A DNA stretch of 55,885 bases. It comes from Pseudomonadota bacterium (GTDB taxonomy: Bacteria > Desulfobacterota > DSM-4660 > Desulfatiglandales > B25-G16). The notes under the pieces were generated by a model. The model searched no databases. It was not told where the DNA came from and saw only the letters and a list, made by a program, of their open reading frames with translations. Positions 9,229 through 19,038 of the stretch are shown here, piece by piece. A program made the translations under genes and the position numbers. Position 1 is the stretch's first letter, and every line of letters starts with the position of its first letter. The stretch lies in assembly GCA_030603345.1 (NCBI GenBank), contig JAUVXZ010000001.1, positions 1 through 55,885 on the forward strand, given 5' to 3'.

Positions 9229-10050
9229 ATGAGGAAAGCGAGAACTGCTTCTGTTATATTCGCTGCGGGTTATGGAAGTAGGATAAAGGATTACTCTGGT
9301 AACAAGATACTCCTGCCTTTAGTCCCCGGATCAGATCCTTATAGAGGAGAGTATCCGATATTTTCTGAAATCATGAGAAGTTTGCCAACAGGACCGAAGG
9401 CCTTGGTGGTGCACCACAGAAAGGAAGAAGTGATTGAGGCCACTCGTGATCTTGGCGTTTTTTATTGTGATCAACCTGTGCCCAATGGAACAGGGGGCGC
9501 CCTCATAGCTGCACAGGGTTTCTTAGAAGATATAGATCAGGAAAATCTCATTATTACTATGGGCGATGTTCCCTTTGTAAAGGCATCAACCTATCGGAAC
9601 CTTCTCAGCCACCTGAGTTATCGGGATCTCGTTGTTCTGGGCTTTAAACCAAGGGACAGAGCTCAGTATGGTGTTTTAGAGATAGAAAATGAGGCGGTCA
9701 AAAGGATTATCGAGTGGCGATATTGGAATGAATATCCAGCAGAGATGCAGAGCCGTCTTGAGATCTGCAACTCAGGCATATATGCAGCCAACAGAGCCAT
9801 TCTCCTTGAATACCTTGAGAGGCTGAAACAAATACCTCACCAGGTAGAGAAGGAAAGAGATGGCCGGATAGTAGTTGTAGAGGAGTATTTTATTACTGAT
9901 TTGGTTGAGCTGTTGAACAATGATGGGCTGGCGGTTGGTTTTGCCCTTGCCGAGCAGGAGCATGAGGTCCTGGGTATAGACACCCATGAGGATTTGATGG
10001 TAGCCCAGAGCATATTTGCCAAAAAAGACAGAGAGGTAAAAAGACTTTGA
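9229..10050 (+). CDS. Sugar-phosphate nucleotidyltransferase (GlmU N-terminal-like NTP_transferase fold)
   Basis: 273 aa with the N-terminal motif IFAAGYGSRIK (compare LAAGxGTRM) and PNGTGGAL. It has no acetyltransferase LbH tail. Confidence 0.7.
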   Translation: MRKARTASVIFAAGYGSRIKDYSGNKILLPLVPGSDPYRGEYPIFSEIMRSLPTGPKALVVHHRKEEVIEATRDLGVFYCDQPVPNGTGGALIAAQGFLEDIDQENLIITMGDVPFVKASTYRNLLSHLSYRDLVVLGFKPRDRAQYGVLEIENEAVKRIIEWRYWNEYPAEMQSRLEICNSGIYAANRAILLEYLERLKQIPHQVEKERDGRIVVVEEYFITDLVELLNNDGLAVGFALAEQEHEVLGIDTHEDLMVAQSIFAKKDREVKRL

Positions 10051-10179
10051 TTGGAAAACCAGTAAGTGATATCTATAGAAAGCAGTTCACTTTTTTGCCC
10101 AGTATAGCTCGTGGGATGAACACGGGCCGATTCTGATTCAGAAGAATGATGGTGGGATTTTTATATACCCGCTTATCCT

Positions 10180-10351
10180 TACAACGACACTTTGGTTGAG
10201 AAGTCATTCTGAGTGATCCCGCTGGGCGGGAGAGCGAAGAATCTACGATTTGCTGGCAGATACTAGAACTGAAATCTAGATTCTTCGTCGCTTTGCTCCT
10301 CAGACCTGTCCTCGAACGAAGCGAAGGAATGACAAAGTGCCGTTGCAAGGT
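10180..10351 (-). mobile_element. MITE-like TIR element, family A copy 1
   Basis: Inverted copy of 18525-18682, about 91% identical by eye with a 13-bp internal indel. TIRs are TTACAACGACACTTTG / CAAAGTGCCGTTGCAAGG. It is flanked by TTATCC at 10174-10179 and 10352-10357. Confidence 0.8.
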
Positions 10352-10373
10352 TATCCTTAGAAAAGCATAAACC

Positions 10374-12200
10374 ATGAAAAAACGTTCCACTTCTCCCCTG
10401 TTACCAGAAGACGTTTGTCGTATCCTTTTTGAACAGGGGTTTATTTCAAAAGGGCAGAGACAAGGGATTTTCCAGAAAAAGGATATCCTGCAGAAGAAGT
10501 TGGAGAAGCTGCGGATTATCAGGCACGCATCAGGAGGTTCGTCTTCGAGAATAACTAATCCCATAACGATTGTTGACATTATCTGCTTTTTGAGACTCAA
10601 CCGGAAAGATGATCTAACACGGGAGCTCGATGAGGAAACCATCTACCAGGCCCTGGCTGAAGAGTGGGGAATAGAGTATAAGAAGGTAGATCCACTCAAG
10701 CTTGATCTCAAGTTGGTAACAAGCATGATTCCCAGATCCTTTGCTATGAAACATCTCGTTCTTCCTACTAGTGTAAAAGATGGCTGGCTGACGGTAGCTA
10801 CACCAAATCCCCATAATCTTGAGGTTATGGACGATATCAGTAGGGTTACTAAACTAAAAGTAAGGCCCGTGGTTTCAAGCAAATCTGATATCATCAAGCT
10901 CATAGATGAATTCTATGGCTTCAGACGATCAATTGTTGCAGCTGATCAGCAGTTCTCGGGCCCTGGGATTGACCTCGGCAACCTGGAGCAGTATATGAGG
11001 CTCCGGAAAGCCAAGGATCTCCCCTCAGATGATCGCCACATTATAAATGCCGTGGACCACCTCTTTAATTACGCCTTTGATCAGAGGGCCAGTGACATTC
11101 ATATTGAGCCTAAGAGAAATATCACTTCGGTCAGGCTTCGGATTGATGGGATCTTACATTCCATCTACGAATTGCCAAAAAGCCTTCATGGGGCTCTTAT
11201 TTCCAGAATCAAGAACCTCTCGCGCCTTGATATGACGGAAAAGAGACGTCCCCAGGATGGGAGGATAAAGATTGACAGGGGCCAAGGACTTGAGGCGGAG
11301 ATCAGGGTTTCAACAGTATCAACAGCCTTTGGTGAGAAAGCCGTTTTGCGTATACTGGATCCGGATATCCTGTTCCGGGATATCAGCCAGCTCGGCATGA
11401 CATCACTGGACCAGGTGCGATACCAGCAGTTTATTAGTCTTCCTTATGGCCTTGTCCTGGTATGTGGTCCTACTGGCAGCGGTAAATCAACCACCCTGTA
11501 TTCCACCTTGAGGTATCTATCTACAAGGGAGATAAACATCACCACTGTGGAAGATCCCATTGAGATGGTGTATGAGGATTTTAACCAGATAGCTGTGCAG
11601 CCAGCAGTGGGTATTACATTCGGAAGTATTTTGAGGAATATCCTACGGCAGGACCCTGACATAATCATGATTGGGGAGATGAGGGATCTGGAGACGGCGC
11701 AGAATGCTATTCAGGCATCTCTGACAGGGCACCTGGTGCTTTCAACCCTTCATACTAAAGATGCTCCTTTGAGCATTGACCGCTTGGTGGACCTTGGTGT
11801 TCCCCGTTTTCTTATCCATTCTAACCTCATCGGTGTTTTGGCCCAGCGACTCCTCCGCAAGATTTGCCCTTACTGCACCGAGACCTTTGAAATCAGCAGC
11901 GAAGAGCTTATGGCTATGGGAATCGAGACAGGAAAAGAGGGGATGATTGAGTTAACCAGGGGTAGGGGTTGTGTTAGATGCCGGGGAACCGGTTACTTGG
12001 GAAGGTTCGGTATTTTTGAAGTCCTACCGGTTACAGAGACAATCAAGGATTTGATTGCCGAGGAAGGAAATGCCGATATGATCAGGCAGACTGCCTGCAA
12101 GGAAGATATGGTTACGCTCAGGGAAAATGCCATCAAAAAGATGCTCAACGGTGACACAACCTATCAGGAGGTAGTCAAGGTAACCTGGGGGCAGATCTGA
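10374..12200 (+). CDS. GspE/PilB-family secretion/pilus assembly ATPase
   Basis: 608 aa with a T2SSE N-terminal domain and Walker A VCGPTGSGKSTT. A tetracysteine motif (CPYC...CVRC) is typical of PilB/GspE. Confidence 0.9.
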   Translation: MKKRSTSPLLPEDVCRILFEQGFISKGQRQGIFQKKDILQKKLEKLRIIRHASGGSSSRITNPITIVDIICFLRLNRKDDLTRELDEETIYQALAEEWGIEYKKVDPLKLDLKLVTSMIPRSFAMKHLVLPTSVKDGWLTVATPNPHNLEVMDDISRVTKLKVRPVVSSKSDIIKLIDEFYGFRRSIVAADQQFSGPGIDLGNLEQYMRLRKAKDLPSDDRHIINAVDHLFNYAFDQRASDIHIEPKRNITSVRLRIDGILHSIYELPKSLHGALISRIKNLSRLDMTEKRRPQDGRIKIDRGQGLEAEIRVSTVSTAFGEKAVLRILDPDILFRDISQLGMTSLDQVRYQQFISLPYGLVLVCGPTGSGKSTTLYSTLRYLSTREINITTVEDPIEMVYEDFNQIAVQPAVGITFGSILRNILRQDPDIIMIGEMRDLETAQNAIQASLTGHLVLSTLHTKDAPLSIDRLVDLGVPRFLIHSNLIGVLAQRLLRKICPYCTETFEISSEELMAMGIETGKEGMIELTRGRGCVRCRGTGYLGRFGIFEVLPVTETIKDLIAEEGNADMIRQTACKEDMVTLRENAIKKMLNGDTTYQEVVKVTWGQI

Positions 12201-12203
12201 TCT

Positions 12204-13898
12204 ATGCTGACTCACCTTGCTATCAATGATTTTGCAATTATAGACGCTCTGTCTGTCAGCTTTTCAGGAGGATCAAATATACTCTCTGGAGAGACTGGCG
12301 CAGGAAAGTCAATTATCATCAATGCCGTTAATCTCATCGTCGGGGGACGAGCATCCCCTGATCTTATCAGAACTGGTGCCGACAGGGCAGTAGTTGAGGC
12401 CCTGTTTCAGGTTCCTACAGAATCTCCTCTTTCCACACTATTGGCCGATATGGACATACCATTTAATGGAGAAGTGTTGATCAAGAGGACCATCTCTAAG
12501 GAGGGCAAGAGCAGGGTAAGGATCAATGGCTCTCTTGCCACACTCCACATGCTTTCCCAGCTAGGGCCCCATCTGATAAGTGTCTCCGGGCAAAACGAGC
12601 ATCAAGTTCTACTGAGGCCTGACAACCATCTTTTTATCCTGGATGATTTTGGTGACCTAACAAAAGAGAGGCTTACATTTACTGGTCTCTACCGGGACTA
12701 TTACGCTTATAAGGAAAGGTTAGAAAAACTACGGGACGATTTACAAAAAGAAGAGGAAAAACGGGAGCTTACACAATTCCAGATCCAGGAGATTGAAGAG
12801 GCAAAGCTCGTTCCCGGTGAGGATATAGGGCTCGAGGAGGAGAGGCGCCGGCTTATGCATGCCGAGACCCTAATGGATATAGTGTTTAAAGGCTATCACA
12901 CCCTCTATGAAAAGGATGAATCTGTCTTATCTATCTTGAGCCTCCTAACCAAAGAAATGGGCAAGGGCGTTAGCATGGACTCCAATCTGGATCACTTTAA
13001 GAAAGAGTTGGAGTCGGTGGAGCTTCGGGTGGAGGATTTGGCCTTGGAGTTGCGGAATTTTTACGCTAAGCTCAGGGTTGATCCCAAAAGGCTAGAAGCA
13101 GTCGAGGAGAGATTGCAACTCATCAGGCGATTGAAAAAGAAGTATGGTTCCTCCATAGAAGACATACTCTGTTTCAAGGAAGAGCTCTCTCAAAAGAGGT
13201 ATCAACTGGCTCAGAAGCAGGAGGAACTCAAAAGGGGTGAGACCGAGCTTGAGGAAAAACGAGAGGGGTTAATGAGAATGGCCACCAGCCTCTCTCAAAA
13301 GAGACGTGAAACAGCAGAGACACTGGAAAAGAGGGTATTAGAGGAACTCGATCAATTAGGTATGGCCGGGACCAGATTTAACATTGGATTTAGCTCTATT
13401 TCATCAGTTGGTGGTACTCATTTGGCAGACACAGTTGATTCTGCTATCAGCGCCGACGGTATCGATGTTGTGGAATTCCTGATATCACCGAATGTAGGTG
13501 AAGATTTGAGACCATTGGCCAAGATTGCCTCTGGTGGAGAACTGTCCAGGATCATGCTTGCCCTCAAGACTATATTGGCGCGATCTGGTTTGGTTGAAAC
13601 GCTTGTGTTTGATGAGATTGATGCTGGCATTGCGGGAGCTACAGCTGCTATCATTGGTGAAAAACTGCGCTCCCTTGCCCAGTACCATCAGATTTTATGC
13701 ATCACGCACCTACCTCAGATAGCATGCTCCGGTGAGAAACATTTTTTGGTTGAGAAGAGGGTTAGTAAAGGCAGGACCCGCACTCTCATAAGCTCGCTAA
13801 ATAGCGAAGGCAGGGTCAATGAGATTGCCAGGCTTCTCGGTGGCAAAACGATATCTGAGAAGACCCTCGCCCATGCCAGGGAGATGCTCTCCTCCTAG
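12204..13898 (+). CDS. recN: DNA repair protein RecN
   Basis: 564 aa with Walker A GETGAGKS and a long central coiled coil. The SMC signature is SGGELSR and Walker B is LVFDEIDAG. Confidence 0.95.
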   Translation: MLTHLAINDFAIIDALSVSFSGGSNILSGETGAGKSIIINAVNLIVGGRASPDLIRTGADRAVVEALFQVPTESPLSTLLADMDIPFNGEVLIKRTISKEGKSRVRINGSLATLHMLSQLGPHLISVSGQNEHQVLLRPDNHLFILDDFGDLTKERLTFTGLYRDYYAYKERLEKLRDDLQKEEEKRELTQFQIQEIEEAKLVPGEDIGLEEERRRLMHAETLMDIVFKGYHTLYEKDESVLSILSLLTKEMGKGVSMDSNLDHFKKELESVELRVEDLALELRNFYAKLRVDPKRLEAVEERLQLIRRLKKKYGSSIEDILCFKEELSQKRYQLAQKQEELKRGETELEEKREGLMRMATSLSQKRRETAETLEKRVLEELDQLGMAGTRFNIGFSSISSVGGTHLADTVDSAISADGIDVVEFLISPNVGEDLRPLAKIASGGELSRIMLALKTILARSGLVETLVFDEIDAGIAGATAAIIGEKLRSLAQYHQILCITHLPQIACSGEKHFLVEKRVSKGRTRTLISSLNSEGRVNEIARLLGGKTISEKTLAHAREMLSS

Positions 13899-14800
13899 TC
13901 CTTCACTCTTACTATCTGCCCGGGTTGGTGGTCAGTTCCTCTTACTGGTTCAGCAAAGGAATGATGTGTCTTTAACGCAACGATTTTTATTTCCCCCACC
14001 TTCACGCCCGGTAACTCATAGGTTTGTCCGGTGCACGAGGTAATGCATTCACCCGTGCAGAAGACCTCAAGAACAACGCCTGGCCTCAGTCCTACATCGC
14101 GGCCGGCATTGACCATGATTCCTTGCTGATCCAGAGAAACGATTCTCCCTGTCCACGCCTGCTGATTCAGCGAACGGGTGGCAGACCTTGCTGCTTTCTT
14201 GAGGATTTCCGGCAAACATTCTTTAATAGCCTTTCTCTTTTTTTCTGCATAAGGGGTTTCTTCTTTCTCCGTTCTAATCTCTTCACCTGAAAAGGTAATG
14301 TCTTTGGCAAAATTCTCACCAAGGATTACGGTTCGGGTGTTGACATCCACTATGTCTATATTCACTGATACAGTGAATTTCTGAGCTTTTCTCCTAAACG
14401 GCCACATTCCCTTTCTGACCGGATCGACTTCAATGGGGTTTACCGTTTCAAAGATAAGGGCATTTATGCCCCTCTCCTGGGAAACTCTTAGCAATTCTGG
14501 ATCAACTGGCTTACCAACCTGAAAGGAATAGGACTGTTCCGTCTTATTGTACTGGTAAACAATAAACAATCCACTTTCTCGCAAAATGGTACTGACCTTC
14601 TCGCTCACCACATCAACCCGTTCATCTGAGGTTAGTCCGGTAAGATTTATTGCAGGCATCACCATAACCCGCTTCTTTGGCCAATTATTATCTGACAGTG
14701 CCCGTGAAAACATTGAGGGGCCTGTTGCGCATCCAACAAGAAACACAAGGAGAAGCAGAAAAATTGTGCTCAGGAGGATATAGAATCTTCTCTTCATCAA
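13895..14800 (-). CDS. Lipoprotein of unknown function
   Basis: 301 aa with a signal peptide and lipobox (LLLVFLVGC|ATG). I recognise no family with confidence. Its stop overlaps the recN stop (CTAG). Confidence 0.6.
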   Translation of the reverse strand: MMKRRFYILLSTIFLLLLVFLVGCATGPSMFSRALSDNNWPKKRVMVMPAINLTGLTSDERVDVVSEKVSTILRESGLFIVYQYNKTEQSYSFQVGKPVDPELLRVSQERGINALIFETVNPIEVDPVRKGMWPFRRKAQKFTVSVNIDIVDVNTRTVILGENFAKDITFSGEEIRTEKEETPYAEKKRKAIKECLPEILKKAARSATRSLNQQAWTGRIVSLDQQGIMVNAGRDVGLRPGVVLEVFCTGECITSCTGQTYELPGVKVGEIKIVALKTHHSFAEPVRGTDHQPGQIVRVKD

Positions 14801-14815
14801 AAAATTCCTTTCTTG

Positions 14816-15094
14816 TTAGAATGTTACCTTGAATGAGTCAAACTCCCCAGTATAATCTTCCCTGATTTCATGGACCCTTGTTACCCTGGCTATTGGAGGG
14901 CCATGATGGCACCACGCTATTAATGTTTCAATCTTTTCTTTGGGCCCTTCAGCAACGACTTCAACGCTTCCATCAAGCCGGTTTTTTACCCAGCCGTACA
15001 GGCCCAACTCAATTGCCTCCCTTCTTGTCGAGTCTCTAAAAAACACACCCTGAACCCTTCCTTTGATGATGAGATGAGCCCTGATAGTATCCAT
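14816..15094 (-). CDS. acyP: Acylphosphatase
   Basis: It carries the motif GRVQGVFFRDSTRREAIELGLYGWVKNRLDGSVEVVAEG. ATG 15094 (MDTIRAHL...) follows the ligA stop by 1 nt. The track start at 15109 is an alternative. Confidence 0.85.
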   Translation of the reverse strand: MDTIRAHLIIKGRVQGVFFRDSTRREAIELGLYGWVKNRLDGSVEVVAEGPKEKIETLIAWCHHGPPIARVTRVHEIREDYTGEFDSFKVTF

Positions 15095-15095
15095 T

Positions 15096-17141
<2,046 letters not shown>

Positions 17142-17234
17142 CTAATGAACTCCCCTCCTATCCGTTCACCCCACAGCGGGGGTCCGCCGGAAAGACGGGC
17201 TTTCGAAAGGCCATATCCCAAAAAAGGCCAAGGC

Positions 17235-17990
17235 TCACCCGCTATTCATACACAAATCGAGGAGTAAGTGTCCAGCATCTCTGCATACCTTTTTTAAGGT
17301 TTGAGATCCAACTCCGTCATGCCAGTCCAGAGAAAAGAGTTCATCCGATACAAGCAGCAAACCTGCAATCTCTACTGAACGATAGGCAGCAACGGTAATA
17401 AGCGCAGACATTTCCATCTCAACGGCCAACAAACCTTTTTTTCCATACGCTAGAACCTTTTTCTCTGTTTCGCGGTAAATGGCATCCGTTGTCCAAACCG
17501 GCCCCTTTTTGAAAGGGAGCTCGGCTTTTACCAGGGCATCTTCCAGCCGCTTGTTGAGAAGAGCACTTGTCTGTTTTTTTTCTCCGTCCACAGGATAATG
17601 TGCAGAGACACCTTCTTCTGAGAGAGCGGTGGTGGGAATCACTATGTCACCTACAAGAAGATGCGGCTGCAGAGAACCACACCATCCTAATACCCAGACC
17701 CTCTTTGCACCTAAGGCTATGAGTTTTTCCATGACCATCACCCCTTGGGGTGCACCTAAGAGAGGGCCTGCCAGCGCAAGGGGAGAATTTTTCCCTCTTT
17801 TGGCTAAAAAGAGCTTGAAGGGGCTCAGGGTTTTTGGGGCAACTCTCTCAGCATGGGTGAGATCAACCATAAACATAAGATCCGATGGAATGGCAACCAT
17901 AATGGCGTCTGGACCAAGGAGCGGTTCCCCTTTTTTCCTCCTCGGCCTAATTATTGCCTTGTCATTGCTCAAAGCGTTTCTCTTCCCCAT
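17235..17990 (-). CDS. Nucleoside phosphorylase (PNP/UDP family)
   Basis: It shows a family-I nucleoside phosphorylase pattern, including VEMEMSAL near the C-terminus. I placed the start at ATG 17990 (MGKRNAL...). Substrate is not assignable. Confidence 0.65.
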   Translation of the reverse strand: MGKRNALSNDKAIIRPRRKKGEPLLGPDAIMVAIPSDLMFMVDLTHAERVAPKTLSPFKLFLAKRGKNSPLALAGPLLGAPQGVMVMEKLIALGAKRVWVLGWCGSLQPHLLVGDIVIPTTALSEEGVSAHYPVDGEKKQTSALLNKRLEDALVKAELPFKKGPVWTTDAIYRETEKKVLAYGKKGLLAVEMEMSALITVAAYRSVEIAGLLLVSDELFSLDWHDGVGSQTLKKVCRDAGHLLLDLCMNSG

Positions 17991-18071
17991 AACAGTACTG
18001 TACAATTGTAAAACCAATGGTAGCCAAAATGCAACCGGAAACAGGACACTTCAGAGATGTCACTCGTCAAC

Positions 18072-18264
18072 GGGCTGTTGCCGAAATCCCTTTTCTCTTA
18101 GTCTAAAACGTTTTTTGATAAATCTAAGGCTCGCTCCAGGCGATGTCAAAACTCGCCTTTAGGGCTCAAACAGTTGACATCGCTTATCTTCCATTTCGCC
18201 AAGACTTATTGGCAAAAAACGTTTTAATGACCGCTCAAAGGGATTTCCATTTGGGCAACAGCCC
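18072..18264 (+). mobile_element. MITE-like palindromic element, family D copy 1
   Basis: 193 bp, about 94% identical (by eye) to the reverse complement of 31218-31410. Inverted ends are GGCTGTTGCCGAAATCC / GGATTTCC.TTTGGGCAACAGCC. Internal palindromes are AAAACGTTTT (x2) and CGATGTCAA...TTGACATCG. Confidence 0.85.
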
Positions 18265-18524
18265 GTCAAGCCCTTTCCAATGGCTCCACCTTGGGGTGGA
18301 ACCATGACTGAGGGACGCCACCGATACTCAAGCCACATTGTTGAAAAAGAGAGATCCGTTTTGCTCAATCACCACCGGTGAGTTGCATTTGCTCAATGGT
18401 TCGTGGATTTCCTTTCACCGAGCAGAAATCATAGATACCAGACACGGTCACGTCATGGTGAAATCTAACCTATTGATTTTCAAGCTTATTGGTGGGTATG
18501 GGTGTCTTTTTTTTGGATTATGCC

Positions 18525-18682
18525 TACAACGACACTTTGTCATTCCTTCGGTTCGCTCGAGGACAGGTCTGAGGAACGAAGCGACGAAGAATCTAGTATC
18601 TGCCCACAAATCGTAGATTCTTCGCTCTCCCGCCTGGCGGGATCACTCAGAATGACATCTCAACCAAAGTGTTGTTGTAGGC
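18525..18682 (+). mobile_element. MITE-like TIR element, family A copy 2 (nested inside family B)
   Basis: TIRs are TACAACGACACTTTG / CAAAGTGTTGTTGTAGG. TTATGCC is present at 18518-18524 and 18683-18689 but only once at the homologous uninterrupted site in 51053-51231. Confidence 0.85.
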
Positions 18683-18809
18683 TTATGCCCCCACATAGTT
18701 TAGATCAGTGGGCGTTTCAAAATGGTTTATATAGATGGAGCCTATGATTCTAAGGCTTAGGAGGCAATAAACCATTTTGAATCGACCCAGTAAGGGGCCA
18801 TGTTATAGG

Positions 18810-18909
18810 CCTGCCCTGGCGCGACACTTCTGGAATACAGTGTGGTCGTTAAAGTATTTCGTAAGTGAGCTCTTTGTACTGATGCTTTGCATGCCATGAC
18901 TGGGCCAGG
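18810..18909. repeat. Family C-related 100-bp insert nested in family B copy 2
   Basis: It is absent from the intact copy at 51053-51231. Its ends CCTGCCCTGGCGCGAC... and ...CTGGGCCAGG match the ends of 3952-4054 (inverted). Confidence 0.6.
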
Positions 18910-19038
18910 GGCATAACCAAAAAAAGACACCCATACCCACGACTTTGACGTTACCCTGACAGACCAGACCAGAGGATTTTGTTGACAAAAATGAGAAAAA
19001 ACAATAGCATGAACAAAAATTTTCAATAATTTTTCACT

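Larger units (their letters stand above)
18494..18938 (-). mobile_element. Family B element copy 2, interrupted by two nested repeats
   Basis: With the inserts at 18525-18682 and 18810-18909 removed, it matches the reverse complement of the intact 179-bp copy at 51053-51231. Similarity also extends some tens of bp beyond both ends. Confidence 0.85.

Noticed and set aside
10374-10560. MshEN-type c-di-GMP-binding motif in the N-terminus of the GspE/PilB-like ATPase
   Set aside because: CRILFEQGFISKGQRQGIFQKK superficially resembles RLGxxLLxxGLIxxxxLxxxLxxQ. However, the Gly and hydrophobic spacing is off by three residues and the second half-motif is missing.
10073-10642. 189-aa minus-strand ORF
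   Set aside because: It spans the family A palindromic element and the antisense of the ATPase gene start. The peptide stretch QRHFVIPSLRSRTGLRSKATKNL recurs at 18338-18616 only because the DNA repeat recurs.
17629-18162. Long antisense or alternate-frame ORFs inside well-supported genes (e.g. 17629-18162, 5342-5665, 6003-6635, 19051-19515, 20363-20767, 24966-25484, 26080-26586, 49650-50093)
   Set aside because: Each is fully embedded in a gene with strong motif support on the other strand or frame. Their compositions are typical of shadow ORFs.
18159-19026. Several 60-90-aa ORFs (18159-18368, 18338-18616, 18502-18747, 18757-19026, 18803-18988), plus 31088-31339 and 24350-24541
   Set aside because: All lie inside the interspersed repeats. 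They appear on both strands, have no SD sequences, and are similar to each other only through the DNA repeats.
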